A program made the position numbers and the translations under genes. A stretch of DNA of 64,000 bases from Podarcis gaigeae (lineage: Eukaryota), in NCBI GenBank assembly GCA_964106915.2, contig OZ066914.1; one strand, given 5' to 3'. Shown here one piece after another: positions 27,605-39,642 of the stretch; position 1 is the stretch's first letter, and every line of letters starts with the position of its first letter. The notes beneath the pieces are model-generated. The model made no database searches. It saw only the letters and a program-made list of their open reading frames with translations, and had not been told where the DNA came from.

Positions 27605-27907
27605 CAGGGGTCGGCAATGTGCAGCCCACGAAGACCATTTTACCGGCCCACAAGCTACCCCTGAACCAAGCCTCCCACTTGGTTAATCCCCCGTGTGCTG
27701 TGCTAAACTGTGGGGACTTGCACCTGAAATTGCGCCTGTGCACATGCAGACACTGGAAATTGCATCTGCGTGTGCCCAGACGCCGGAAATCGCTTGTGCG
27801 CAGGTGCAATTTTCGGCGTCTGGGCATGCGCAGATGCGATTTCCAGTGCCGTGCTGCGCCATTCCAGCCCATGGACGATCTCTGGGAGTAAACCTTGCCG
27901 ACCCCTG
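27605..27907. mobile_element. non-autonomous hAT element
   Basis: Perfect TIRs CAGGGGTCGGCAA...TTGCCGACCCCTG; 8 bp TSD ctccagac at 27597-27604 and 27908-27915; internal tandem and inverted gcgcatgcgcagacgccggaaat units. Confidence 0.88.
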
Positions 27908-28110
27908 CTCCAGACCAAACAGGAGCTCTATACAAGTTCCCTAGTTTTGCTGGGGACTGTTTATTTTTATTATTATCAAGGCCTTGGCAGGGCCTGTGGA
28001 CTGCAATTTGTCTTGGTGTATGTCTGCTTGTGCAGGCCTTCCCAGCACCACAAAATTCAGGTCTCTAAAAAAGCCAGTGGGTTGATCTATCTGTTCTTGG
28101 CTTTTTGTAG

Positions 28111-28230
<120 letters not shown>

Positions 28231-30627
28231 TAGTATTTCCCTGTCCTCTATGTACAGGCCATCTATTTCAGATGCTACATAGCAAGGCAACATCCAGTAG
28301 TTTCTCTGAGAGGGAAGCCTCTGTGCCTCTGGAAGTAGAGGTAACTTCCCTTGCCTTAGGCAAGACCAAAGTTGTGGAATGTCAATCTTTAAAGAGCTTT
28401 CACTATGGCAATGATGACTTGAAGGTAGCTGGTTTAACCAGCAGCTGACCTGCACAGAATTATACAGACCGCATTGGAGAGTTGGTGTTGTGGATAAAGG
28501 GTGTTTTGTGTGGTTTAAGTTGCATTACTTTGAAAAGCAGCATGGTTTGATAAAGTTAGCAATGAACATCAAACTTACGATACCACAAGGATAGAAAAGG
28601 CTATTTATATTAACTAGGAATTTGGTCATCACTGTTTCCTTCTGCTGGCTGAGGTGGCCTGCTCTTCTGTCCATTTCCCTCCCTACAAATGCTCACCCTT
28701 AGACAGGTCTGCTTGGCAGAACTTACAACAAATATAAGGGAAGCCTGTTTTGGCTTCTTTAGGTGCAGCAAATACTATCAATAGGGGAGTGTTGAGAGAA
28801 TGGATTATGGGTGCAGGCCTAAGATTCCTGGGAGGATGTCTTGGGGCCATAGAATAGGCAAGATCTACCCATTTGACACCAGAGATTCAGACCCTCAACA
28901 TTTGAGAGGTGTAGGTAGTTTTGGAGCATGCATCCTCACTGCTGCAAGTTTCTCCTAAGCCTAGCCCAACTGATATCAGAGCTATAATGTTGGTCGGGCC
29001 CCAGAGGAGGCCCCTGGAAGCAGCTAGGCTGCAGAATTCTCCCGGCCCTGCAAAGTGGGCAAAATTTTAGTCACACTCTTGAGCACTCTGTTACTTCCAG
29101 TGTGAGTGAAAACATTAAAACAGACACATTTAAAGCCAAAAAAGGAACATGAGCCTGGTAGGGCTTTGGATAAAGTGCCTTCAGTATAGCACTGTAAATG
29201 AATTTACCCTGGGTTTATTATATTTTTGGGTTTGAACATATCAATGTTATCTGAGACAAGCAACAAATGAATCTTGACAAATACGCTGATAACTAAAACA
29301 AAAACAAAAAAACCACACACAGAAGCAATAACAACTGGGTGTCTCCTTTTTGTTGAGTCCTCACTCCTGGTCCAAAACGAAGTATTGCAAGATTCCAAGC
29401 CAGTTCTTGCATGCTGTGGCCATTCTGCCATTGCTTCCAGTAGTATGTGGGGTTGTTAGGCTCAGCCAGGCTGGAATTGCTCAGATGTTGTTTGTATGAT
29501 AAATGAATAGCCTGATTCCTCTGGTAGTGCTTGCTTGGGGTCAAGAAGGCTTCTAAAGGATGGCAGGGAACCTGAGAACTCTGGTGTAGGGTCTCTTGTC
29601 ACACTGATGGTGGCATCTAGGACAGCATCTCTCGGATCAGGCCAGGAAGAGATGAGAGGTCTAGATAAGGGCATGTGAATTGACTTCCCTTAGTCTTTTT
29701 GCACTCCTTTAAAAAGTCGTCATCTAGAGATGATGCCTGAACAAAAACCCCTGGGAACAGGCTTTTCAGCCTTGGGAAGGTCTATGACAGAGCAAGCTGA
29801 ACAACTGGCCATAGTGTAAGAGACCAGATACCAAATAAATTGAATCCTTGTCAATCAAAAGCACAAAGCAGAGGAGCTACAGTGTAGAGAAGTGTATTGT
29901 TGCTTTTGCTAAAACTGCTGCTCTAAAACTGGCAGACAAGAGCTCTTCTTTGCTTCCTTTCCTGACCACAGTCCTTTGATAAAACTTTAAATAGCACTTA
30001 ATGGCTCGGCAAAGGGCACTTTCTCCCTGCTCCCAATGGTCAAATTGGAGAGCTTAGTCATGGTTTCCCCTTCCATTCTCTTTTCAGAGCAATACCATCT
30101 GAAAACAGTAGCTCCAGAAGGGGCCTGGGCTTTGCAGGAAAGTGGCTTGATTTTTTGTCTTAAGTTTCTAAACAGGGTCTAATTGAAATCAAAATTACAT
30201 ACATATAAAACATTTAATCCTTTTTAAGGGAGAAGTAGCAGTAGAATTATGATAGCAATAAGGGGTGTCTGAAGTCATAGCAGCTGCCCTTACATCCAGA
30301 TGAATAAAGGTGATTTAGTGCAAGCAGATATTTTACTGTTAGTTTCCAAAACACTCTAAAAACAAGTTTCCAGCTCCGAAGCTAACACCTGGAAGAACAC
30401 AGCCCGTTTCTTAGAGACGAATCATTAGGACTTCAGGTTCTCTGAGGCACAAATTCCCTTTATTCAGCTCATAATCTGCCAGTGACCAGCCCTCAAAGGT
30501 GTCTTTCTGCTCTTGTGGGCCCAATTATTCCCCTCTTCCAGTTATGCTTTGTGCATTCAATTTGTCTGGAATTGTAAAATGCATCGTGAAATGTATCTTG
30601 AACAAACAAATGTGTTTATTTTTGCAG

Positions 30628-30801
30628 ACTATGCTGTGACTGCACACTCCAAGCTGGTCATCATCACTGCTGGAGCCCGCCAGCAAGAAGGCGAGTCTCG
30701 CCTTAACTTGGTTCAGCGCAATGTGAACATCTTCAAATTCATCATTCCCAGCATTGTCAAGTACAGCCCTGACTGCAAGCTGCTTGTTGTTTCAAATCCA
30801 G
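30628..30801 (+). CDS. LDHA: LDHA coding exon 3
   Basis: [57 protein letters not shown]. Confidence 0.96.
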
Positions 30802-32395
30802 GTTGGTTGTGTCCTGCTCTTAACTGCTTATGGACCATAATTCATCCTCCAGTCCTTTGAAAGGAGAAATTGCTTGCTTCCAAGAAGGAAATCAAGGAAT
30901 CCTGAAAGCATTCGAAAAGGAAAATATCTTTTCCACCAGGACATCATGGTTTAACACTTAAGTTTAGATTCTGAAGTGGGACCTGCAACGAAATATCGTC
31001 CCATGGAGTGTTCCTGCTCAGGGTTCCATTCAGCCATGCCCTTTCCCAGAATACTCCATTCTCTTACCTTTTTCCATGTCCCCACCCTATCTACTCAGCA
31101 GCCAATCATCATTCCATGCCCACTGATGGCGCTGTGTTTCATTGGGCTGTTACAGGTCACACCCTCCCTTTTCTAAAGATTTCATGGACTTCTGGGTTCC
31201 ATAAACTTGCTCATGGTGCTGTTTTGGCTATATAAGGATCTTCATTTGAAGAATGATTTTGCTTTCTAGTATCTACGATGATTGGAACTATGGTGGTGAC
31301 AATCGTGGCTAGGGTCTGTTAAGAGATCACATCATTCCACTGTCTCATGGGAAATACATCAGTACCTCCATGTTTGATTGTTAGGGTGCAGTCTACAGGA
31401 AACGCCTAACTTTTCCACATGTAAAATGAGGTGCTTTGCCTAGTACCTAGCTAGTAGCTCATTTACACCATATTACTCTCTGTGCCAACACACTTGCACA
31501 CTCTTCTCTGATCTATTTACACAGTGGCTGCATTCAGATGCCCTGGTAAATCATGGTGGATGGACCATAGCTCAGTGTTGAAGTGTGTGTTCCTAACATA
31601 GGAAAGTTGAAGGTTCAAACCCTGACATCTCCAGATAGAACCAAGAAAGATTCCTTGGCAATGCCAAGCTGGATGGACCATGGCCCCAACTCTGTAAGGC
31701 AGCTCTTTAATTCATATGAGCCCTGGGGTCATGTTCCCACACCCAGCCCTTGTGGCTATGAGGTTGGAAGCTTTCCTTTTGATGGGTTCAGAAGAACAAA
31801 TAAACTGTAGTTAATAAGGAAGTGAAGGCTTCCCAACTTATCCTCGGGGCTGGAGAAGATGGGAAGAGGTGCAAGCCCAAGGCTCTCCTAGTCTTGCTTT
31901 GACCCCAATAAGCCATAGCTTACCATGATGTCTGGATGCAGAAGTTCAGGAGGTTAAACTAGAAACTTTGGCAAAAGGAAAGAGCTTTGGTTGCTCTGCT
32001 GGGTAAGAGCTTGGGGAGGTGTTGGGATACTTGTAAGATGCTATGTCCTGCTTCAGTCCTGCCTGCATGCCCTGAGTCCTCTGTAAGACACAGATAATTC
32101 TGGAATGGTGCTGTTAACTCACAGGGGACATCTACTAGGAAAGTCAGAACCATAGTACAAATCACTCTTGCCTGAGCACCTGATATTAAAATGAGAGGAT
32201 TGTAAAGAAGCACCTCAATATTCCCTCTGCCCTTCAACTGCTGCCTGGAGCCAGGATGGTTTCATCATTAAGGTAGCCTTGTGTAGAATAGGAGATTAAA
32301 TTAAACAGCCTCTCTTTGTGGAGAAGGATTGCCAGTGTTCTCTAAGCTTGTCTGTCTTCAATGGTGCATATGGCAATCACTTTCTAACCAAGTGA

Positions 32396-32707
<312 letters not shown>

Positions 32708-32755
32708 TGAAAAGGAGAGTAATAGAGCATTTCCCAGATCTACCTCTTGGAACGC

Positions 32756-32960
32756 AGAATCGTAGTTAGAAGGAACCTTTGAGTTAATTTAGGCTAGTCC
32801 CCTGCTTAATGCTGGATCCTCCAATGCAGGGTGCATGTACAGCATCCCTGATAAAGAACCATCCATTATCTACTTAAATGCCTGCAATGAAGGAGAGTCC
32901 ATCGCCTCCGGAGGCAGTGTTCCATTGCTGAGGAATTATTATCATTAGGAAGCATCTCCT
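32756..32960 (-). mobile_element. degenerate CR1 LINE 3' fragment
   Basis: agaatcgtagttagaaggaacc...gaaggagagtccatcgcctcc...ttccattgctg resembles the reverse complement of a CR1 3' end. Confidence 0.5.
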
Positions 32961-34181
32961 AACCCTGGGTTAGGTAACATAGTGTTCTCCGGACGTTGCT
33001 GAACTCTTATGACTCACCATGATGGGCTGATGGGGAGTTGGAATCCAACAAATGACAGCTTTTGGGAAATTTGAAGACTGCTATAGAATTGTTGACCACA
33101 TCAGACTTAGGTGCTGGGCAAACCCACAGAGAGGTTTCCATACTCTTCCCTCTGTATGGAAGTTAGGAATATAATCTAGCTGTCCCTACTGCATGAAGTA
33201 ATACTAGATGGTCTATATTTGACTTGAGCAGTTCTGTTGCAAAAGGTCAGCTTTGTAATCCAAGTAGGCCAAACCCTACCAGGCTAAATTCTACCCTTTA
33301 CTCCTAACTGGGGAGTTCACAGTAAATCCTTTTCATGTCAGAGACCCTTGCATGCTGGTGTTCAGTAAAGCAGGTACAAGTTATTTGTCTTGGCCCCTCT
33401 GTCATCCTATATTTGGGAGTTGTGTGATCTCATACAGCTCTGTACCAATACTGCCACTAGAATTCTGCTTTGGTGCATAAACTCAGATTCTACACCACTA
33501 CTCCTCTATCCCATCTCACAGCAGTGAATATAAACACAATCCCCTCTCCCCTCCCGAGTGCACTGTTCTGGGGTTTCTCTCCCTCTCTGACACCCCAAGC
33601 TAATTGGTGGTGGTGGGGAGGTAGAGGGGAAAGCCACAGTGTGCTAACACAAGTCCTTGCACAAGCTTCCATTAGCAGGATTCATTACTTGAATCTGGCC
33701 CTCAGCTGTGTACTTTGCTGCTTGCTTGCCTTAGGTGAGCAGCTGCTGCCGCCACACTCATCCTTGAATGACAGATTATATGCAGTATATGGTTGCCAAG
33801 CCCTGTGTGTGTGGTCACAGCACTTTTGCAGTCTTTCTTCTGCCCCAAGGGCTATGGACCATTTTAGGAAGATGTGTGTGCATAGCCTCAGCAGGATGAA
33901 AACCCACCCTTTTTCCTGGGTTTATGAGTTAAAAGGATCAGGTCAGTGGCTAATCCAACATGGATGAACAGAAGGATCCATCTCTACTGCCTGTTAGCCA
34001 AAGTTTAAGGGGAAGGTATGTGTGCGTAGCAAGATTCTGAGTAATTATAAAACTGTACTTGGTACATCATGCTGCATTAACTGCCCAGCTCAGATCTGTG
34101 CGAAACACTTGTGAATCTTAGTTTCTGTGAAGTTGGAAAACATTCTAGATTGCTCAGAAAAATCTTCTGCATTTTATTCAG

Positions 34182-34299
34182 TGCCTGTCTGGAGTGGCGT
34201 GAATGTTGCTGGCGTCTCTTTGAAAACTTTGCATCCAGACATGGGGTCTGATAGTGACAAGGAGAACTGGAAGGAAGTCCACAAGCACGTGGTAGAAAG
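34182..34299 (+). CDS. LDHA: LDHA coding exon 5
   Basis: [38 protein letters not shown]. Confidence 0.95.
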
Positions 34300-35312
34300 G
34301 TAATCTTTATCTCGTCTCTGTGTGAGACAGGAAATGGGGTTCCACTGAGCTTCCAGAAATTGCCTGTGTCTCATTTTCAAGGATGCCACAGCCTACATTG
34401 CTTCAACGAGGTCCCCTGATCCTTAATAGAGCATTTTTGCCTCATGACATGCACTTAACTTTGGACCAAACCCCTTCATTTTCCCACAATATAATCTCCA
34501 GTTATCTAGTTTTTAAGAAATATTGATTTAGAGTGCTGTTTATAGTGCCAGATTACTGAAGAGTGCTTTTCCAGTATTGGAAACCACTGTTCCAGCAGTT
34601 AATTTCCCTTTGTTGATAGACACTATATAGCAATCACTATATTCTGCACTGTGGAATTTGAATGTGTTTTGAAAGTGAAAGAAAGTAAATTGTGCATACA
34701 TTTCACATTCCTGAAGGACTGATCCATTTACAAACTGCCCTGGTTCATGTAACATGCTAGGTAATAGTTAATGTTAATGTTTAACTATCATGAAATGTGA
34801 ATTAGCAGCTTGTTAGTGTAGGCGTTCAAAAATCCAGATTGCTTCTCCCTCATTCTTGCTTGTGCTACATGCAACAACCACAAGCTGCGGCTTGTTGTGC
34901 CATATAATCTGAACCCTGGTTTGCATATTTCCAAACAAACCATTGTCTAACTTTGCTTAGACAATGTGACAAGCCAAGGCTGATAGCTTCTCCCCCTGCC
35001 CCCATCCCCAAATGGTGTGGCCAGGAAGGGAGAAGGAACAAAGCAAGGACTTTGAGATTGCTGCTCATTTGTATTTAATGTTTAAATATTAACTATGGCT
35101 TGAAAAAAATGTGCAAGCAAAGCCACTCCATGCAGGCACCAACATCTTTACAGGGGAAGGCTAGTAGCTTGCTTGTAAAAATAATAAATTAATTGATCTA
35201 ATGCCTGTAACAGATGCCGTTTGGAGATAGAGGATAAGTAGCCTCAGATGGACTTCACCTGAAGTATAGATTGACAGCTATGATGTTGCTGAATAGACAT
35301 GATTCTTTTTAA

Positions 35313-35546
<234 letters not shown>

Positions 35547-35728
35547 TAGTCAAGCTAACAGAGGCAGTAGCTGCCAAAGTAAATGAGTTTGCTTTAAATA
35601 AGGAACAGATCTCCCTGTGTAAGGATGGCGCTTTCTCCCCCTTCCCACTAATGGGGAAAGTGTTTATTACATGCAAATCAAAACATTATTTAATTGGCTT
35701 AAGTCTTTCTTTTTACTGTTCTTTCTAG

Positions 35729-35893
35729 GGCATGCATGGAATTAAAGATGACGTCTTCCTTAGTGTTCCTTGTGTCCTGGGCTACTCAGGAATTACCGAC
35801 GTGGTGAAAATGACCCTGAAGAGCGAAGAGGAAGACAAGTTGAGGAAGAGTGCAGATACACTCTGGGGGATCCAGAAGGAACTTCAGTTTTAA
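35729..35893 (+). CDS. LDHA: LDHA last coding exon
   Basis: [57 protein letters not shown] at 35891-35893. Confidence 0.96.
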   Translation, partial: GMHGIKDDVFLSVPCVLGYSGITDVVKMTLKSEEEDKLRKSADTLWGIQKELQF

Positions 35894-36502
35894 GCCTGAT
35901 GTCCTATCACTTCACCGCTTAACTAGTGTTTAATGGGTCTTAGTGGATTGTCTTGTTGCACTTTTCAGATAGATCAACTCCCTTTATGATGTGTGTCAAC
36001 TACCAACACAATGCAGAGCTAAATTTGCAAATGAAATGCCTATTTTATCCAGTAGGAAACTTGCAGCTCCTGTTTACCACAACCCCGGTCTGTGGCCAGA
36101 ACTGGAAGAACCTAGTCTCTTGTTAAGTGGTGTAAAAGTAGATCCAGCATGCTCTGAAACAACACTGCCAAATGGAAGCTTCCTGCCTTTCCTCAGCTAA
36201 ACTTTAGTCACTCAGAAGAGAAGAGCTCAATTGGTCTTCCAAAAGCTGTAGAAAACCAAAGAATATTTTGTGATCAAAAAGGATTGGCAGATTCACTGAC
36301 CAATATTCTCTGCTTAACAGAAGACTTAAATCTCCAGTATTGAGCAGTTCTAAATGTCCTTTTTCCTTAGTCTTTGTGCATACTTTTCAAGAGAACCATG
36401 TGTACTCTAGAGGAGTGTCTTAAATGTTATGTAAAAAAACCTCTGTATGCAACAATTACAACTGATGCAATTGTCTAACCGTAGTACCAGCCCAAGCAAC
36501 AA

Positions 36503-36508
36503 AATAAA
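36503..36508 (+). terminator. LDHA polyadenylation signal (candidate)
   Basis: AATAAA ~610 nt after the stop codon. Confidence 0.6.
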
Positions 36509-36607
36509 CAGTTAACTGCTACTTCTCCGTGTCTATATGGTTGGCCGTAAACATGACTAATCTTCAACCTCCAGGTTTTGTACAGCAGTTAATAGACACA
36601 TGCACCC

Positions 36608-37136
36608 TTTATTGCCATGTAAGCCAGGGTGAGCAGAGAATAGATCTGTGTTATTTAAAGTAAATCAACAAGGATTAATGACTCCCTCCCGCTCCCAAAT
36701 ACAGCTAAAATGAAAGTCAGAGGGTGCAGGTTAACCAACAGTACATTATTGTAATTAATTCCATAATGGTCCCCAAGACTAAATTTGATCAAATGGACAA
36801 TGTGCCCTATAACTGACTAAACTAGCAAGGTTATTGTGAATGGGGGGGGGGGGCTGGTAACTGATCTGCAATTCTAAGCATACATAGTCCCCCTGAACAA
36901 AATGGGCCTTATTTCTTCTGTGTAAGTATGCAGAGGATGAGACTAGAAAACAAACACACATTTTATCCCAACCTGCTACTAACTTCTACGCTTTTATTAT
37001 AAATTAATCTTGAAAGTACACGTATGAAGTTTCCAGCTACATTCTACATTAGACAAACTTGAGACTACAGCAGTGGCATTCGTTACACAAATGTCTGTAG
37101 CACCCCCAAAAAAGTGTTAACACAACAAATTTTATT
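36608..37136 (-). terminator. candidate TSG101 polyadenylation signals
   Basis: AATAAA on the minus strand (tttatt on plus) at 37131-37136, 36993-36998 and 36608-36613. Confidence 0.5.
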
Positions 37137-37352
37137 TAGCCATCAGCCCACAAATGCAAAAGGTTTACAGAGAATAGAAAGTGCATTAATAAAGCTAGTC
37201 CTTAAAAGAAAAAAAGAAAATATATTATCCATTCAAAATATTTTACAAGTTGAATGATGTAATAACTTATTCTGGCCACTTACTGATTAAAAGGAAAAAA
37301 ATAAATGAGGATATGACCACTTGGACTACACCACTCTTCCCTAAGCCATGGG

Positions 37353-37442
37353 TCAGTAGAGATCACTGAGTCCTGCCGTTTTTCTTGCTTTCTGCATGAG
37401 TGCCCGCAGCTGAAACTGCTTGCGAGACAAGAGGCGGACGTG
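37353..37442 (-). CDS. TSG101: TSG101 exon 10 CDS
   Basis: HVRLLSRKQFQLRALMQKARKTAGLSDLY*. Confidence 0.96.
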   Translation of the reverse strand, partial: HVRLLSRKQFQLRALMQKARKTAGLSDLY

Positions 37443-37709
37443 CTGAAAAGAAAAAACAGGCCAGGGTAAATCATCTGAGCATGATCCGACAGAAGTTATA
37501 ACATTTTAATTTGATCAACTTCAATGAGACATCTTTGTAATAAATGAATATTTAGGTCCAGATTTTGAATTTAAACTTGAAAAGTAAGATACCATTTTGA
37601 TTGGCATTTTCTCTTAAGACTGTATGTCCCAATAATTTCAATGGTGTAAATTTTGACATTTTTAGATTCTTATAAAATAACTTTGTGTAATGGTGCATGT
37701 AACATATAC

Positions 37710-37843
37710 CAGTGTTTCTCAAACTTAGGTCCCCAGCTGTTGTTGGACTACAACTCCCATAATCCCTGATAACTGGTACTGCTAGCTAGGGATGATGGGA
37801 ATTGTAGTCCAACAACAGCTGAAGACCAAAGCTTCAGAAACCG
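37710..37843. mobile_element. hAT-type MITE
   Basis: cagtgtttctcaaactt end plus the shared palindromic core. Confidence 0.7.
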
Positions 37844-38310
37844 TTTTCTAGGCACGTGCAGTCACCCACACAATAACCTGAATCAGCCAAAATGGGAAAA
37901 GGTAAAGAGGGCATTTGGTTGGCCATACAGCTACAAGCACATCCTCAAGACCCAAAAGCTGAAACTGATCCCACAAAACCTGACCAGACAGTGCATTGAA
38001 TGCCTCACTCAGACCTGTTACAACAAGAATATATACACAGTGGTCCAACTCATCATGGGAAGACAAGTTATTCTGTTCTACAGGCTTATATCTTCCTGGC
38101 TGTCCAGTGTGTAAGGTTCTAAACTACAGTTTTGATGATGTGTGAGAGAGATAACAGCACTCTGGTACCATCCAATGCACTTGAAAAACCCTCCCCTCTT
38201 CCCTACATTTGAAGAGGCATTAGAGATAAGAACTAGGAACACAACTATTGGTTTCAGTGGACCAGAAAAACTGTACATGAACGTACCTTTGAATATTTAC
38301 TCAAACCTAC

Positions 38311-38550
38311 CTTTAGAAAGATATCAAGATCAATAACTCCACGTCTCAATGCTTCACCCAGGTAAAAGATGGTATCTTCAATGGCATTTTCCTCAGCATA
38401 CAAGTTCAGAATTTGTTTGTAAAGTGGCGCTGTAGGAACAATAACTTCGTCTATGTCATTATTTTCTGACTGACTCTCCATTTTTTCCAAGGCAGAACTC
38501 AGCTCTTCATCTTTCTTTTTCAGGAGGTCAATGTTCTTGTCAACTTCAGC
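38311..38550 (-). CDS. TSG101: TSG101 exon 9
   Basis: AEVDKNIDLLKKKDEELSSALEKMESQSENNDIDEVIVPTAPLYKQILNLYAEENAIEDTIFYLGEALRRGVIDLDIFLK; 240 nt. Confidence 0.96.
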
Positions 38551-39439
38551 CTAAAATAAAAAAAAAATTATAGGTTTGTTTCAAGATGCTGTGATACCTA
38601 TGTAATCAACACCCTAAATTCCCTTTTAAAGTCCATGGAAGGGAGTCCCAGGTACCACAGGAAAGAGGTTTCCCTCCTGCCCTCAAACACCTCCCATTGC
38701 ATGTGAAGAAATTACCCCCCCCCCCCACTGCTCTGAGGGCAATAATGGCAAAAGAGGTTTCAGCCTGGGGAACTTGGGACCCACTGAATCCCAAACTCTC
38801 CTGTTCCCATAACATACCTCTGGAATGGGGGGGGGGGGGGAGTACATGGTCCTGAAGCTGATGTACTCAGCTGAGTGGGCAAAGGACAGGGTAGTTGCAA
38901 AAGGAAAAAACCCAGGATGGGTGCTACAACACCACCTTTTGCCCTGCCAGCGTAAGGCCGGCAGGACTTTGGGTGTGGCAGTTTCTTTGCCTCAGTAGGA
39001 TTGCTCCGTAAGACTTTTAAGAGTATTTATGTATGGGAACAGCATTTAACTGCTTATTTAGATGTTCTCAAAATTTCACCATTACTGTGCTATTGACCTT
39101 GTAAATAACCATAGACACAGGACAAATAATTGCAATTTCTCTGCAGTTTTAAGACCACTATCCTCACCTGCAAATAATGAATCAGTGGTGAGGAATAGAT
39201 GCCTAGAAAGAAAAGGGCTACATTTTCCATTTCCTATAACTGCCTTACCTACCACACAATGGATGCCAAGAGCTACAGGCAACAGAAACTACTGCAAGGA
39301 AGGAAATGTTCCAGCTGCTTTGAGCAACGAAAAAGGCTTTGTTGTTTGAAAAGACATGGGAAGTCATGAGCCCAATGCTTTTAATTGCTTAAAAGGGAAA
39401 AAAAAACAAGGTATATGGCAAGCCTTTTCGTTTGCTTAC

Positions 39440-39642
39440 CACTTCCTGGTCTAGGCGAGTTACCATCTCTTCAAGCTTTTGGTGACCTTTTTTCAAGTCT
39501 TCCTCTGTGCGCTTCAAGGCATTGAGCTCTGCCTGGGCACGGTCCATTTCTTCTTTCATTCTCCATCTCAACTTATCACTGACTGCTGAAATAAGCGAAG
39601 CTCGAATGGTATCTTCGCTAATGGTGCCATCTCTGCTGGGAC
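39440..39642 (-). CDS. TSG101: TSG101 exon 8
   Basis: PSRDGTISEDTIRASLISAVSDKLRWRMKEEMDRAQAELNALKRTEEDLKKGHQKLEEMVTRLDQEV; 203 nt. Confidence 0.96.

Noticed and set aside
33470-33967. 165 aa ORF in an LDHA intron
   Set aside because: No domain signature and no phase-compatible splice structure evident; the LDHA CDS is complete without it.
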